Shown piece by piece: positions 32,499-44,056 of a DNA stretch of 64,000 bases (within the stretch, counting starts at the first letter, position 1; the number at the start of each line of letters is the position of its first letter). The translations under genes were made by a program, and so were the position numbers. Source of the stretch: a virus. Its lineage: Duplodnaviria; Heunggongvirae; Uroviricota; Caudoviricetes. Location: IMG/VR virus record IMGVR_UViG_3300031994_000017, positions 58,023 to 122,022 of that record. One strand, written 5' to 3'. The notes under the pieces are model-generated. The model saw nothing but the letters and a program-made list of their open reading frames with translations. It was not told the DNA's origin and did no database searches.

Positions 32499-33641
32499 TT
32501 ATCTTTTAATTACATTATATGGATTATTACTAAAATATTCTGCTTGCTGATACAAGTCGGCAAATTCATTACAGTGAGTGATTGCCATACTCTTTTTAAA
32601 GCGGTTATCGGCTTCTGCGATCGCCCAATCTTTTGTAATTCGCTCTCTTTGATCTTTATCAGCGAGATAACCATATCTAAGAGACCCCTGGAAATTATTA
32701 TGAACATTCGTTCTATCTACCATACTTTCATTAATCTCACTCTTCTTTACCGCTTCTTCTAGGGGCCCGACGCCATGACGCGTCAAATAAGAACGAGAAA
32801 CATAACAAACCTCAGCATTAAAATCAGTTTTATCCTTTAACATATTATAAGGATTAATAAGTCCAGTATTAGAAGTTGTATGCCAATCGTTATCAACATT
32901 CCGGTCCAGTCCAAGCCCTTGACCATTTTCAAAGATTAAACTGTCATATGTATCATATACTTTGTCGAAAGATAAGATATTAGTTTTATTAAAGAAGAAA
33001 GCCAAATCATCTTTAAAATGAGAAATCAAATTGGCTTTCTGCGAGGAATTAAGGATAAAGTAATTCTTGAACTGCGGCAAACGGTCCACATCTACGCCAC
33101 GAGAAATTAAGATTGCGAGACATTCCTTCCACACTTCTTCCATCATATAATTAAAGAAGAGAGGATCTTTAGCCATAAAATCAGTAACTCTAAAAGTCGC
33201 CCGAGGGTAGCGGTCTGTGGCGCACCAGGTGCCATAACCGCACGAGCCATATTCTGGCTCCCCATTAATAAGATGAATCCAAGCCTCTGTTGCGTGATCA
33301 ATCAACATATCAAAAGGAGTAACCACTAGAGCATTGGGATCGCAAATGGTCATAGGAACAATACCTTCTACGGCGAGTTGTTTATATTCACGCGCAAATT
33401 CCATAGGATGAACCCAGAAGGTATCAGTAAAAAAGGTAGGCACTTTATCTCCACTACCACTTCCAAAGTGATGGAAAACATGACGGTAATGGGGGTTGTA
33501 ATCTACAGTATGACCTCGCTGTGCTGTCCCATTGTGAAAAACCACAATGGAGTTAGGATTCTGCTTTGCGAAATAGCGAGTTAGCAAGCCTTTGCCCTCA
33601 TCACCATAATTAGCACCAATAATTACTTTTACATCCTTCAT
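32499..33641 (-). CDS. Adenylosuccinate synthetase homolog (PurA/PurZ-like)
   Basis: IIGANYGDEGKGLLT (compare GTQWGDEGKGK) and HNGTAQRGHTV (compare QGGNNAGHT). Confidence 0.5.
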   Translation of the reverse strand: MKDVKVIIGANYGDEGKGLLTRYFAKQNPNSIVVFHNGTAQRGHTVDYNPHYRHVFHHFGSGSGDKVPTFFTDTFWVHPMEFAREYKQLAVEGIVPMTICDPNALVVTPFDMLIDHATEAWIHLINGEPEYGSCGYGTWCATDRYPRATFRVTDFMAKDPLFFNYMMEEVWKECLAILISRGVDVDRLPQFKNYFILNSSQKANLISHFKDDLAFFFNKTNILSFDKVYDTYDSLIFENGQGLGLDRNVDNDWHTTSNTGLINPYNMLKDKTDFNAEVCYVSRSYLTRHGVGPLEEAVKKSEINESMVDRTNVHNNFQGSLRYGYLADKDQRERITKDWAIAEADNRFKKSMAITHCNEFADLYQQAEYFSNNPYNVIKR

Positions 33642-33660
33642 GGGTTCATCCTCACTTTCT

Positions 33661-34554
33661 TTACCAGGTTACTTCGCCATTTTCGTTAACGCCAATCGCA
33701 GGGGTATAGGGAATAGCAGTAATATTGTTACCATGTTTGAGAATAATATCTACAATAACAGGAGCCAACTGGTCAAGATTAGCCACATAAAAGTGGTCTT
33801 CCCCAAGTAGCTTCTTCCATTCTTTTTCAGCACCGCGAGATTTAAACCACTTAAAAGAGGTTTCGGGGTCATCAACCGCGATATGATAAATTTCAAATTT
33901 TTCCTGTGCCTCTTTTAGCAAATCAGAAGTTTCAATATTGGCCTGAAGATCATGCTCTCCTACAATGCTGCCCATGCCTCTCGGTAGGTAGGGATTGGGG
34001 AATTCATCACCAAGGGTAATGATGATACCCTTCTGGCCGCGATTCCAGCAGTCTAACTTACAGTGATTAAGACCCATATACCAAGCAGCGGAATAAGATT
34101 CACTGTTATTACCGCCACCGCCGCCTTCAAAGTAAATCTGGTCGAGCTGTTCTGCGATACGAATATCAGATTCAAACTGCGAGATCTGAATAGGCGCATC
34201 ATCATAAATAACATCACCAATAGCCATAATACAGAATTCAGGATCCTGAACCTGCTCATCGGCATAAAGATCAGTCATAATTTCATTGAGCTTCTGTGCT
34301 ACTTTAACTGCTGCGCCGCCCATACTACCCGTAACATCAAGAGCGAGAATAATAGGAAGAGAATTAGGATGTTCTTCACTATCGCAGCATTCTCTCATGA
34401 CGTTTTTCGGATTGAGGACAGGAGCAACACTATGACACTTAAATATAGACTGCGCAGTATAATTAGTAGCCGTGGTGAAATGATCAAGGCTTACACCTTT
34501 AGTTGTCGTAGTATACGAAGCATAGGAACTAACATCCCAAGAACCGCTACCCAT
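33661..34554 (-). CDS. von Willebrand factor A (vWA) domain protein
   Basis: MIDAS motif LALDVTGSMGG. Confidence 0.5.
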   Translation of the reverse strand: MGSGSWDVSSYASYTTTTKGVSLDHFTTATNYTAQSIFKCHSVAPVLNPKNVMRECCDSEEHPNSLPIILALDVTGSMGGAAVKVAQKLNEIMTDLYADEQVQDPEFCIMAIGDVIYDDAPIQISQFESDIRIAEQLDQIYFEGGGGGNNSESYSAAWYMGLNHCKLDCWNRGQKGIIITLGDEFPNPYLPRGMGSIVGEHDLQANIETSDLLKEAQEKFEIYHIAVDDPETSFKWFKSRGAEKEWKKLLGEDHFYVANLDQLAPVIVDIILKHGNNITAIPYTPAIGVNENGEVTW

Positions 34555-34556
34555 AA

Positions 34557-35153
34557 TTACGCCTCCTTATTTCCCTCGGCGTCTTCATCATCGCCGCCGA
34601 AATTAAACGCTCCTTCAAACATATTACTGAAAAGATTGTCTCCACTACCATTCATCATCATCAGCATCATGGGGTTGAAACTATTGTAGTTATTGCCATT
34701 ACCACTATTGAACATCTGGCCCATCATCATCATAATCATCATAGAAGACATGGTATCATTGTCCTTAGTCATATTCATAAATGGGCTGAAAATCTTACCA
34801 TAGCAATAAGTCTTGCCCATAAAAACATGATGCTCGGGGACGACTTCGTTAATGGTAGAATTTTCATAAGAGAAAGCCTTAATAGAATTGGGGGCTACTT
34901 CAATAACACAACACGGCTTACCATTTACAAGGATAATATCACCGCGTTTAACCTTAAAAGTAGGAACAACCCAATAGGCGCCATCCATATCAAAGCAGAA
35001 ATTATCACAGCTAACAAGTTTTCCGCTCTCAGTGTTATAAGTCTTATAACCGCTACTAGTCCTAATTGCGACCTGTCCGTTTGCGCCCATCTTACAGAGT
35101 CCACGAGCAACAGGCTTAAACATTCCATTAAAAGCATTGCCAAAATCAAACAT
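34557..35153 (-). CDS. Hypothetical protein with a Met-rich C-terminus
   Basis: 198-aa ORF. Confidence 0.35.
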   Translation of the reverse strand: MFDFGNAFNGMFKPVARGLCKMGANGQVAIRTSSGYKTYNTESGKLVSCDNFCFDMDGAYWVVPTFKVKRGDIILVNGKPCCVIEVAPNSIKAFSYENSTINEVVPEHHVFMGKTYCYGKIFSPFMNMTKDNDTMSSMMIMMMMGQMFNSGNGNNYNSFNPMMLMMMNGSGDNLFSNMFEGAFNFGGDDEDAEGNKEA

Positions 35154-35810
35154 ATCTTTTTGCTCCTTTTCTATTTTCTATATATATTATATCATTTTTT
35201 TTATAAAAAATCAATTAAAATTATCCTTTACATCCAATAGGTGTCCAGCAGGCACATTCTTTACCTAGGCAATCTTGAAATTCTGATTCAATTTCAGTTG
35301 CATTTTTTAAAGTTGTAGTCCAATCACCGTTATAAGTATGATAAATTTTTCTATAAGGACATTTAGTTCCTACTACTGGATTTATTACATTTGAACCTGT
35401 CGTTGGAGGTGGAGGTGGATAACTTTTTCCATTAATCGTTACATTTAATTCTTTAGCCATTTACTTATCCTCATCATCATAATCTGAGTTGTTTTTACAA
35501 TATGTCACTTTTACTATCTTTTTATCATTGGATGGTAATTCTTCATATTTTTTTAAAGCAACTTCAGCATTAAAGGGGATTTTTGGTCCAACATTATGAG
35601 AATCATTTTCATAATATTCATGCTCAATTTTAAGAAGCTATATTAGACGGTCTCGTGAAATTTTATATTGTCTATCTTCGTATAACATTTATTTATCCTC
35701 GTCATCATAATTTTGTTTCTTTTAGATTTTGAAGAGCTTGAATTGCGGAATCTACAGAGTCATAATATCCTTCATGCTCAAACTCTTCATTTTCATTTTC
35801 AATACAAATT

Positions 35811-37022
35811 TCAATTCTCATTATAAACAATTCCTTTCATGTCTGCGCCACAGTTGCCGCAAAAATGCGAACCCGCACAATACAATGGGTTGTGCTTATC
35901 GGTAGCCCACCATGTTTCAGCCTTACAATGGCAATGACTACATTTCCACGCACCAAGACCCCAATCCATACCGTTTTCATCCCATTCCCAATGCGCTCGC
36001 ACCACGGGCCGCACATTAGCAGCTGGGATACTTAGAAGAAATTCTTTAAATCTCTCTGCGATAACTCTATTATCCTGCGCAGAAGTGCTTAAATCCTGGG
36101 TTGGTATCATGAAATCTAATGCTGCTTCTCGACTAATATACTCATTCATTGTCAGCTTTCCTGTTCCATGCTTCTACCGTATTGCTCTGTTGACTGCTTG
36201 AACTGCAGGTGATTTCTGGCCCATTCCACGTCCACGACTGCATGACATACGGGCAAGGATTGTTTGTAATTAGGCATAGACCACACGGGAGTCTGGAACC
36301 GCACGATTCAGCAGCATTTGGAAACGTAATTGTTGTCTCAGTCACCCTCGTTGCCTCCTTTCTCGCCAATTACAATCGGGAATGAGTCATTCATCCAGCG
36401 CTTAAATCTCCTTGCGCACGAGGCGCAGAGTTCATACTTTTCTTTCGGTTCATTCCAACAATCCATGTTATAGCCCACTACAATCCTGCTTGATGCGGGA
36501 ATAATTGGAGCCCCACATTTATCACATACAAGTTTATACGCCATCAGCATTTCCTCCTTCCGCAGGCACGATTGTGGGAGCATTAAGCAAATCAACAATG
36601 TTGATAACTCTTTCATAGGTTCCTCTGTTTGTTTTGATTTCATAAGTTAGCTTCTTGAGTTTATCCAGATCGCCCAGCTTCCCATGTCCTTCCGGGAGAG
36701 GAACGAGAGGACAACCTTTCGCCCTGTTGTCATCATCGCCCCAATCTTTGACACGCCAACATTTCCACGCCCCAAAGCATTCATCGTCCTTAAACGGACA
36801 AACTCCACAACCTTTTGGCATCTCCATACCCCTAAAAAGGACATCAGCCATCTTTGCTGCCTCCTCCCGTATAATTTGTCCAATATGTTTCATTGTCTTT
36901 TGTTGATGTTGTTGTCGTCGTTCTATATGTATTGCTTTGATATTTCGGATTAATACAAACTGTTGTCTTACAATACCCAAATTCATTTCTGTTTGGGCAT
37001 TCCCAATAAGGGCAATTACCAT
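35811..37022 (-). CDS. Block of four small Cys/His-rich hypothetical ORFs (35811..36149, 36142..36369, 36338..36643, 36534..37022); locally higher GC
   Basis: ORF track; no recognizable domains. Confidence 0.3.
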
Positions 37023-37052
37023 ACATCATTTTTATTGTCTCCTTTTTGGCTT

Positions 37053-38459
37053 TTAAAGTTCAGCAAGTCTATCTTCGTCCATGGTATCAGTTGCGCCACT
37101 CTCTGCCGCAAGGTCGGCCGCAATTCCAGAGAGAACCTTAAAGGAAAAATTCTTATGCTTGTAAGCAGTAAACTTAGGACGATTTACAATGCGAATTACA
37201 ACACCTTCGCGCACATGAGTCTTACCAATAGGGTCAGGGCCATCATAAAATTGTTCAGCAATATCTTTTACATACTCGCCAGGAACAAAGTCTTTTTTAG
37301 TCCAATCATCTGGTTCATCAAGATAACCACGCCACAATACAGGAACACATTTTGCGCCCATTTGTTCGCAACGATAACGCATAAAATCGGGAGTATATTC
37401 AACAACATCTCCATCTTCATTAGTAAAAGTCATGCGATAAACATAGAAATCAGACTGCGGCACAGCTTCTTGAATAACTTTATCAGTATTGGCATCAATC
37501 ATAGCGGAAAGAGGTTTAGGATTACAGCCATAAGAAAATACAGTAGTAGGACCATACTGCTTAGTAAATTTCTTATCAGAAATTTTACTATTCGGAACAG
37601 AAGCCATAATAGGATTACCATCAGTAGTAAAACCTACAATCTCGTAATATACGGTTTCGCCCTTCCAAAGCTTGCCTTCAAAGAATTTAGCATGAGGCTC
37701 GCGGAAAGCATTGCTTCCGTAGAAACCACCATCTTCAAAATCATCAAGAACAACTCGACGAGTACCAGTTACATAACCCCAATCATAAATAGGAGTTCCT
37801 TGCCGACGGAGAATCTTATCCAAAAGAGTGCGCTTATAGCCTTGGAGTTTCGGAAGATAGCCAGTTCGGCCAGAAGTGCCGTGCATCTTCAAGGTAATTT
37901 CAATCTGGTCGCCGGGTTTAAAAGCGTTCATATTATAGACAAGCTGTTCAGTATCTGCGTGCTCTGCGAATAAAGGCGCAATAGGGACAGAGCGCTTACG
38001 AGTTCTATTTCCCTGCCGAGTATAAGTAGAAGAGGAGTGATTACCACGAGGAATATACTTGCGGCAAATCTCATGACCATTTACAATATCAATTTTATCG
38101 CCTACTTCAAACCTAGTTTCGCCAGTGTAAGCAAGACTAATAAGTGGCATAAAAAGTCCTTCAGATTTTTCACCACGCAACTTCATGGCGCGAATATTGC
38201 GCTTTTCCGGATCAAGGTAGCCACCAGCAGGATTACCATTCTCATCCTTGCGCCGCACAAGGTCATTTACCTTACAGTACTCTTCACTCAACTGAAGATC
38301 AATAGGGAAATAAACACCAATATCACCAAGCTGAGTGCTAAGATCTACAATCACATTGTTGCTAAAAATAGTAGCAATTTGAAGTCTATCCGCATTAGAA
38401 TGAGGATGAAGTTCATTAATTTTCACAATATAAGCAACATGTTCGCTCATTTTTATCAC
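37053..38459 (-). CDS. RNA ligase-like nucleotidyltransferase (K-x-H-G) with an N-terminal tRNA-binding OB (Myf-like) domain
   Basis: N-terminus KINELHPHSNADRLQIA...KLRGEKSEGLF; motif I LKMHGTSGR. Confidence 0.45.
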   Translation of the reverse strand: MIKMSEHVAYIVKINELHPHSNADRLQIATIFSNNVIVDLSTQLGDIGVYFPIDLQLSEEYCKVNDLVRRKDENGNPAGGYLDPEKRNIRAMKLRGEKSEGLFMPLISLAYTGETRFEVGDKIDIVNGHEICRKYIPRGNHSSSTYTRQGNRTRKRSVPIAPLFAEHADTEQLVYNMNAFKPGDQIEITLKMHGTSGRTGYLPKLQGYKRTLLDKILRRQGTPIYDWGYVTGTRRVVLDDFEDGGFYGSNAFREPHAKFFEGKLWKGETVYYEIVGFTTDGNPIMASVPNSKISDKKFTKQYGPTTVFSYGCNPKPLSAMIDANTDKVIQEAVPQSDFYVYRMTFTNEDGDVVEYTPDFMRYRCEQMGAKCVPVLWRGYLDEPDDWTKKDFVPGEYVKDIAEQFYDGPDPIGKTHVREGVVIRIVNRPKFTAYKHKNFSFKVLSGIAADLAAESGATDTMDEDRLAEL

Positions 38460-38462
38460 TCC

Positions 38463-39636
38463 TTAATTTTCATTTTTTTCTACTAGTTCTCTTTGATGCT
38501 GAATTGCTTCTTCAACGGTAGTATAGGTTCTACCATCAGTGCAAGTCCATTCAGCATAAGAAAGGGTAAGCATAGATTTAATTTTATTTTTTTCGGTCTT
38601 AGACATACCGGTTTTATAAGTTTCCGCATGAGGATAGGGAATAAGTTTAGACATTTTTACTCGCATCCAACCCTGACCATTCTGCTGTCCTGCTAAAACG
38701 GGAACAAAACAAACCGCAAAAACTGAACTACCTTCTGTGTAAATTTTAAAGACATCAACATCGCATTTATAATCTTTATGCCACATAGTAATAATTTCTT
38801 TAGCCATTTTTATTATTCCTTTCGATAAATATATTTTGCTGCTTCTTCCGGTGTGTAATACACCATTTTCCCGATAGCTTCAGGAATAATAGTAAATTCT
38901 GCTGGATACTCAGAGGACAGTTTTGCTCCCCAATAATTCTGAGCTTCCAAATAAATTAAATAATGTAACTCCTTATTAAATATAGTAATATATTTTACCA
39001 CATATTTAATAACATTATTACCAACAGGGTAAAAAAGTGAGTCACCAGGAGCAATAATTAAATTTACAGTATTCATATTATTTATAAAATGTCTAACTTT
39101 TTAATTTCTTCGGTAGAAGAAATAGGATTTGAAACTTCACTAGCGGACATAATAAGTCTTTTCATTTCATCATACTGCCATCGCACTTGCTCTTGTGCTT
39201 CACTAACTCGCTTGTCCGCCACTTGTTGTGCCGAGGTCAAGAGCATTTGATATTCTTTAAGATTTTCATTATCCTCGCCGCGCACCTTTTCTTTTCTTAA
39301 AAATTTCTTCCATTTACGATAATCTCGCCATGTAAGAAACTTAATAAATTGCGGTTCATCTCCAACTCTAAGATTTTCTTCATTAACTTTGAAATAAACC
39401 GGCATTACAAAATATTTATAGCCATTATCCTTAATTTGGGCCGTTTTCCAACCATCTGGGTCTGCTTGATAAAGAGCAAGCCATTGTGTAAATTTTAAAT
39501 AAGTAGTATTTTCTTCTTTTAAATCACAATCATCGCGCCAAAAATAGCTAGTGGATGGCAGAAAATCATTTTGATAAGTACTTAAACAATTACATTTTTC
39601 ATGAGTTTTATATGAAACAAATTTCATAAGTATCAC
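38463..39636 (-). CDS. Three hypothetical proteins (38463..38807, 38813..39076, 39082..39636)
   Basis: ORF track. Confidence 0.35.
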
Positions 39637-39639
39637 CTC

Positions 39640-39921
39640 TTACTCGGCAGATAATGTAATTCCTTGCTCTTCAAGCTGACTGACTGCCATATAAATCATC
39701 TTTTTGCGACTTCTACTTTGCGTTTTTCGAATAAGACCCATTTTATTTAGTTCAGAAAGGATGCGAGCCATCTTCTGAGAAGAGCGGCCATGTAGAGTCA
39801 TACTTTTACTACAAATTTCTTCAATAGTCAAAGCAACAGGAGATTCTGACAAAACATTCAAAGTCTCAAACTCAAGCATCCGATTTTCAGCTTTTGAACT
39901 TCCTCTATTCCTACCAGGCAT
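39640..39921 (-). CDS. Small winged-helix or DNA-binding-like regulator
   Basis: 93 aa, basic (RKTQSRSRKKMIYMAV). Confidence 0.3.
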   Translation of the reverse strand: MPGRNRGSSKAENRMLEFETLNVLSESPVALTIEEICSKSMTLHGRSSQKMARILSELNKMGLIRKTQSRSRKKMIYMAVSQLEEQGITLSAE

Positions 39922-40002
39922 TTTTATTTTCCCCTTTCTCTTTATCTTACACTTATATTATATCATATTTTTTAAATAAAATCAATAAAAACTCCGGTGT
40001 TT

Positions 40003-41283
40003 TTATTTACCGGAGTTTTTTATTCTTTCCATAGCAGTTTCTAATTCTTCAGCCTTTTGGCGGATATATATATCATTTTTAATTATTTCTTTTCGGATAA
40101 TTTTATCAATTTTATCTGCGCATTTTATAAACTGTGGAATATCCCATCCTTTAGTCACCATGGCCGCGGTGCCGATCCTAATTCCAGAAGCTTGTTTAGG
40201 AGAACGTTTTTCATTGGGAATACAATTTTTATTAACTATAATTCCTTCTGCTTCAAGAGCTTTCTCTACATGACTACCCGATAAATTAGTTTTACTTAAA
40301 TCCAAAAGGAACATATGATTATCTGTCCCATCAGTTACAATATCATAACCCAATTCTTTAAAACGAGAAGCCATAGCATTTGCGCAATTAACAACCTTTT
40401 GGGCATAAGTGGCAAATTCTGGTTTCAATGCTTCTTCAGCGCATATAGCCTTGGCGGCAATAATATGCTGTAAAGGACCACCTTGTGAACCAGGAAATAC
40501 TGCGCTATCAATTTGTTTTGCTAGTTCTGGTCGGCAGAAGATAAGACCACCTCGTGGGCCACGCAGAGTCTTATGAGTGGTAGTGGTGATAATATCCGCA
40601 TATCCAAAAGGAGAGGGATGTACACCACCGGCAATTAAACCAGCGACATGAGCCATATCAACCATAAAGTATGGTTCATAATGAACTTCATAATCATCTC
40701 CATTTGGTAAAGATTCTGAATACGATAACAACGCTTTCTTCTCTTGGATAATATTATAAATCTTTTTATAATCAATAAAACGAGAATAAGCACTAGCTCC
40801 TGCTACTATCAATTGAGGCTTCAAATCTTCAATCTTTTTTGCCAAGTCATCATAATCAATAAAACCATCTTTGTCAAGGTTATAAAAATAAGTATTATAT
40901 AATTTACCAGAAAAATTAACATGGGAGCCGTGCGTTAAATGGCCGCCATTTTTTAGATCCATAGCCAAAATTCTATCTCTAGGTTTTAGTACTGCCATAT
41001 ATGCGGCAAAATTTGCTTGCGAGCCGCTGTGTGGTTGGACATTTACATGATAATCAGTCTTAAAAACTTCTTGCCATTTTTGTTGACAATAATTTTCAAT
41101 TTTATCAACAATTTCACAACCGCCATAATAACGCGCCCCAGGGTATCCTTCCGAGTACTTGTTGGTTAAACAAGACCCCATCGCGCGTTTAATATCTTCA
41201 CTTACAAAGTTTTCAGAAGCAATTAACTAAACAGTATTAGCTTGTCTTTCTTCTTCTTGCTTAATTAAATCAAAAACAATTGA
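40003..41283 (-). CDS. glyA: Serine hydroxymethyltransferase (1 in-frame TAG near the N-terminus)
   Basis: LIASENF, HLTHGS and TTTHKTLRGPRGG. The N-terminus MSIVFDLIKQEEERQANTV[TAG]LIASENFVSEDIKRA runs into the 40003..41181 ORF. Confidence 0.65.
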
Positions 41284-41286
41284 CAT

Positions 41287-42075
41287 TTAATGAGTATCTC
41301 CTTCGTAATAAAAATTAGGGTCTTTTTTAAGCCACCAATCAATTTCGCCTGTTTCCGCGTAGTTATTCCAACGGTCTACAATAGTTTGAAGTGGCTCAAT
41401 ATCAGTATAATACATTTCAACCCCTGGCCGCACTAAACGGTCATCATGATAATGGCCAAAAAGCCAAATTTTCCAATTAGCAGTTTTTTGGACACTATTT
41501 AAAAATTTTTCCATAGTTTTATCTATTTTCTTTTGGTCTATAGCAGATAAAAATAAATCAGTAGGCTCCCACGGCAAAGGGCAAGTATGAGTTAATACTA
41601 AATCTACAGTTAAATTTTGAGAGAAAATAAGAATTTTACTTCGTTCATGTTCATTTAACATTTCATTAGCAAACCAACCTGTTGCTTTTGGGTTATTATT
41701 TTCTTCAGTATATCCAGCTCTAAAAATACGATACCATTTATCAACAGAATATGCTCCCCCAATAGTAAAAGTAATAATACCATTAAAATTATAAAGTCCG
41801 CCATCCATTAAATAACGAATATGCGGAAATTGTGTTTCCATGTAGACATATTCATTTACTTCTGGGTCATACAAGTAAGACATCGTAGGAATGTCTTCAG
41901 GTCGTGCTTCATGATTGCCTCTTAGACAGTAAAAAGTAAATCCTAAATCTTCGGCTTGCTGTTTTAGTTTTTGATCCTTTTTATTAAGATAAAAATTAAA
42001 ACCACAATCTCCTAAACAAATGATAGCTGTTTCTGTTGGATTATATACAAGATGTAAATCAATAAAGCGGTCAAG
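41287..42075 (-). CDS. Metallophosphoesterase (start uncertain; 1 TAG near the N-terminus)
   Basis: VSDLHGKLDRF...LGDCGFNFY...CLRGNHEARPED... continuing into the 41287..41883 ORF (THTCP, GHYH). Confidence 0.45.
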   Translation of the reverse strand, partial: LDRFIDLHLVYNPTETAIICLGDCGFNFYLNKKDQKLKQQAEDLGFTFYCLRGNHEARPEDIPTMSYLYDPEVNEYVYMETQFPHIRYLMDGGLYNFNGIITFTIGGAYSVDKWYRIFRAGYTEENNNPKATGWFANEMLNEHERSKILIFSQNLTVDLVLTHTCPLPWEPTDLFLSAIDQKKIDKTMEKFLNSVQKTANWKIWLFGHYHDDRLVRPGVEMYYTDIEPLQTIVDRWNNYAETGEIDWWLKKDPNFYYEGDTH

Positions 42076-42135
42076 CTTACCATGTAAGTCACTAACCTGT
42101 GACTAGCCAATAACTAATCACAATTCATTCCTCCT

Positions 42136-42432
42136 TTACTTGTAAAATTCTTTACCATAATCAGTAATCCAATATACCTTTTTATTATTTCCATTGTCAG
42201 AACTTGCCGCCATGCCTCTTGAAATCAAAGGCCGCAAAGCTCCAGCAATTTTAGCAGGAGTTACAATAATACCATAATTCTTTTTTGTGAGTCTGCTAAT
42301 ATCATTGGCAGATGAACATCCATAAGTTAGAAGAGTTTGAATAATCATTTCACGCTGTTCGTTCATATTATTGATTTTCTCCTTTATTATTTTTTCTATA
42401 TATATTATAACATATTTTTTTATAAAAAGCAA
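42136..42432 (-). CDS. Small hypothetical protein
   Basis: ORF track; the likely start is the internal MNEQRE. Confidence 0.3.
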   Translation of the reverse strand: MLFIKKYVIIYIEKIIKEKINNMNEQREMIIQTLLTYGCSSANDISRLTKKNYGIIVTPAKIAGALRPLISRGMAASSDNGNNKKVYWITDYGKEFYK

Positions 42433-42491
42433 AAAAATCCTCTTTTTAAAGATTAAAAAGAGGATTTTTTTATTAGTTATCTTTTTATTAT

Positions 42492-44048
42492 TTACTTAAT
42501 ACAACTGTATCTTTCATCGTTAAGCTTATCAAGCATAAGCTCAATACCAGTCTTATTCTTCATAATCTGCTCAAAGATGGAAGCACTCATACCACTTACA
42601 TAAGAAACACTAGGGCCATCATCCAAAATTGTATTTTGACGAGCCTGTACATTCCAATAAATAAGCTTGGGCATTTGATATCCAGCATGATTCCACTTAT
42701 ATCGCATATTTTCCATCATGGTCTTGGTATTATCTGAACGATGATAATAACTATAATAACCACCTCTGGCAGCATCAATTTCCATATCACTAATTACAAT
42801 GATAGAACCAGGAAGATCTTCTTGCGCCAAATGGTTTTTAATAGCAGTATTTAGCACGAGGTCAAAAGCAGCTTCAAGATTGGTATTCTCACAAAGGTTG
42901 GTGGAATAAATTCTTTCTACCTTATCTACAAAATCAACGCCTTCAGTCTTAATTAGCTGGGGAGAACGACTAAAGGAAATATAATTTCCATGGAAAGGAC
43001 CTTTAGCCTTTTCTGCGCAATACAAACCAAGTGAAATTGCGACATTGATAGGGGCCGCAGCATCTGTGCCCCACATAGAGCCAGAAGTATCTACCATAGC
43101 AAGCGCGTTAAGATTTGCTCCATTAAAATAATCTGTAAGATTATCCCAATACTTATTAATCATAAGACGTTCGGTATTATCAAGAGGAATTTCTTCTCGC
43201 CCATACCAACTATAATGACTATGATAAGTAAGATTATAAGCCTTTGCTACAACCTCATAAGGATAAAGATCCTTAGCATTTACTTTAGTGGTAGTATCTT
43301 TAGCGAAATCCGCATAAGACTTTACGTTTTTGTTCTTCATGCGCTCAACATCGTGGCGCGCAAAAGCATTACGATAAATAAAGCCAGCCTTAGAAGGAAT
43401 TTTATCAAATTCAATCTTATCCCACTCATTTGCGCTCATAAGACGTTCAAGCACATTAATACGTTTCCGCAGCACAGACAAAGTCTTACGATATTGCTGA
43501 TGCGTCATATTAAAATAATTCCGAGTTTTATTACCAAGCAAACGACTCTCAGGGCTAGAAGTATTTTCACTTTTCAGCCACTTAGCCAGCAAAGAAGGAG
43601 TCTTACACTGAACATCCAAAGCAAGCTGATGTTTCATCAACTTAAAAGCGTCCTTCTCTACAGGAGTGCCAACAAAGGTATAGAGGTCATCCCATCTACC
43701 ATACAGAGGCACACAATCAAGATTTACGCGTACATCATCGGGATATGCATTTGCGAGCCACTTTGCGCATACGCGCCAAAAACGTCTTTCACCCTGGCCG
43801 CCACGCACATCGCGCAAATAAAACAGACACTTAAGCGCGTAAAGACGATCCTCTTCATAAGCGTTCTTAAAAAGAAGGATAACATCTGCATCACTTCTGG
43901 TCCGATATGCGCCACCAAAAGCAAACATATCATAAACTGCGCTCAAGGTAGACTTATGCGCCAGGCCGCCGTTCTCAGTCAACTTATAATTAGTGTCTTT
44001 AGTCATAGCATCAATAAGCTTACTCATATTTTTTCTCCTTTTTCTCAA
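42492..44048 (-). CDS. Ro60/TROVE-like N-terminal domain plus a C-terminal vWA domain (Rsr-like architecture)
   Basis: 518 aa; MIDAS VDTSGSMWG in the C-terminal third; helical N-terminal region (ALKCLFYLRDVRGGQGERRFWRV). Confidence 0.35.
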   Translation of the reverse strand: MRKRRKNMSKLIDAMTKDTNYKLTENGGLAHKSTLSAVYDMFAFGGAYRTRSDADVILLFKNAYEEDRLYALKCLFYLRDVRGGQGERRFWRVCAKWLANAYPDDVRVNLDCVPLYGRWDDLYTFVGTPVEKDAFKLMKHQLALDVQCKTPSLLAKWLKSENTSSPESRLLGNKTRNYFNMTHQQYRKTLSVLRKRINVLERLMSANEWDKIEFDKIPSKAGFIYRNAFARHDVERMKNKNVKSYADFAKDTTTKVNAKDLYPYEVVAKAYNLTYHSHYSWYGREEIPLDNTERLMINKYWDNLTDYFNGANLNALAMVDTSGSMWGTDAAAPINVAISLGLYCAEKAKGPFHGNYISFSRSPQLIKTEGVDFVDKVERIYSTNLCENTNLEAAFDLVLNTAIKNHLAQEDLPGSIIVISDMEIDAARGGYYSYYHRSDNTKTMMENMRYKWNHAGYQMPKLIYWNVQARQNTILDDGPSVSYVSGMSASIFEQIMKNKTGIELMLDKLNDERYSCIK

Positions 44049-44056
44049 ATGAGTTT

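Noticed and set aside
34063-35240. Long plus-strand ORFs 34063..34689 and 34827..35240.
   Set aside because: They are antisense to the vWA and adjacent minus-strand genes, in a region where every supported gene is on the minus strand.
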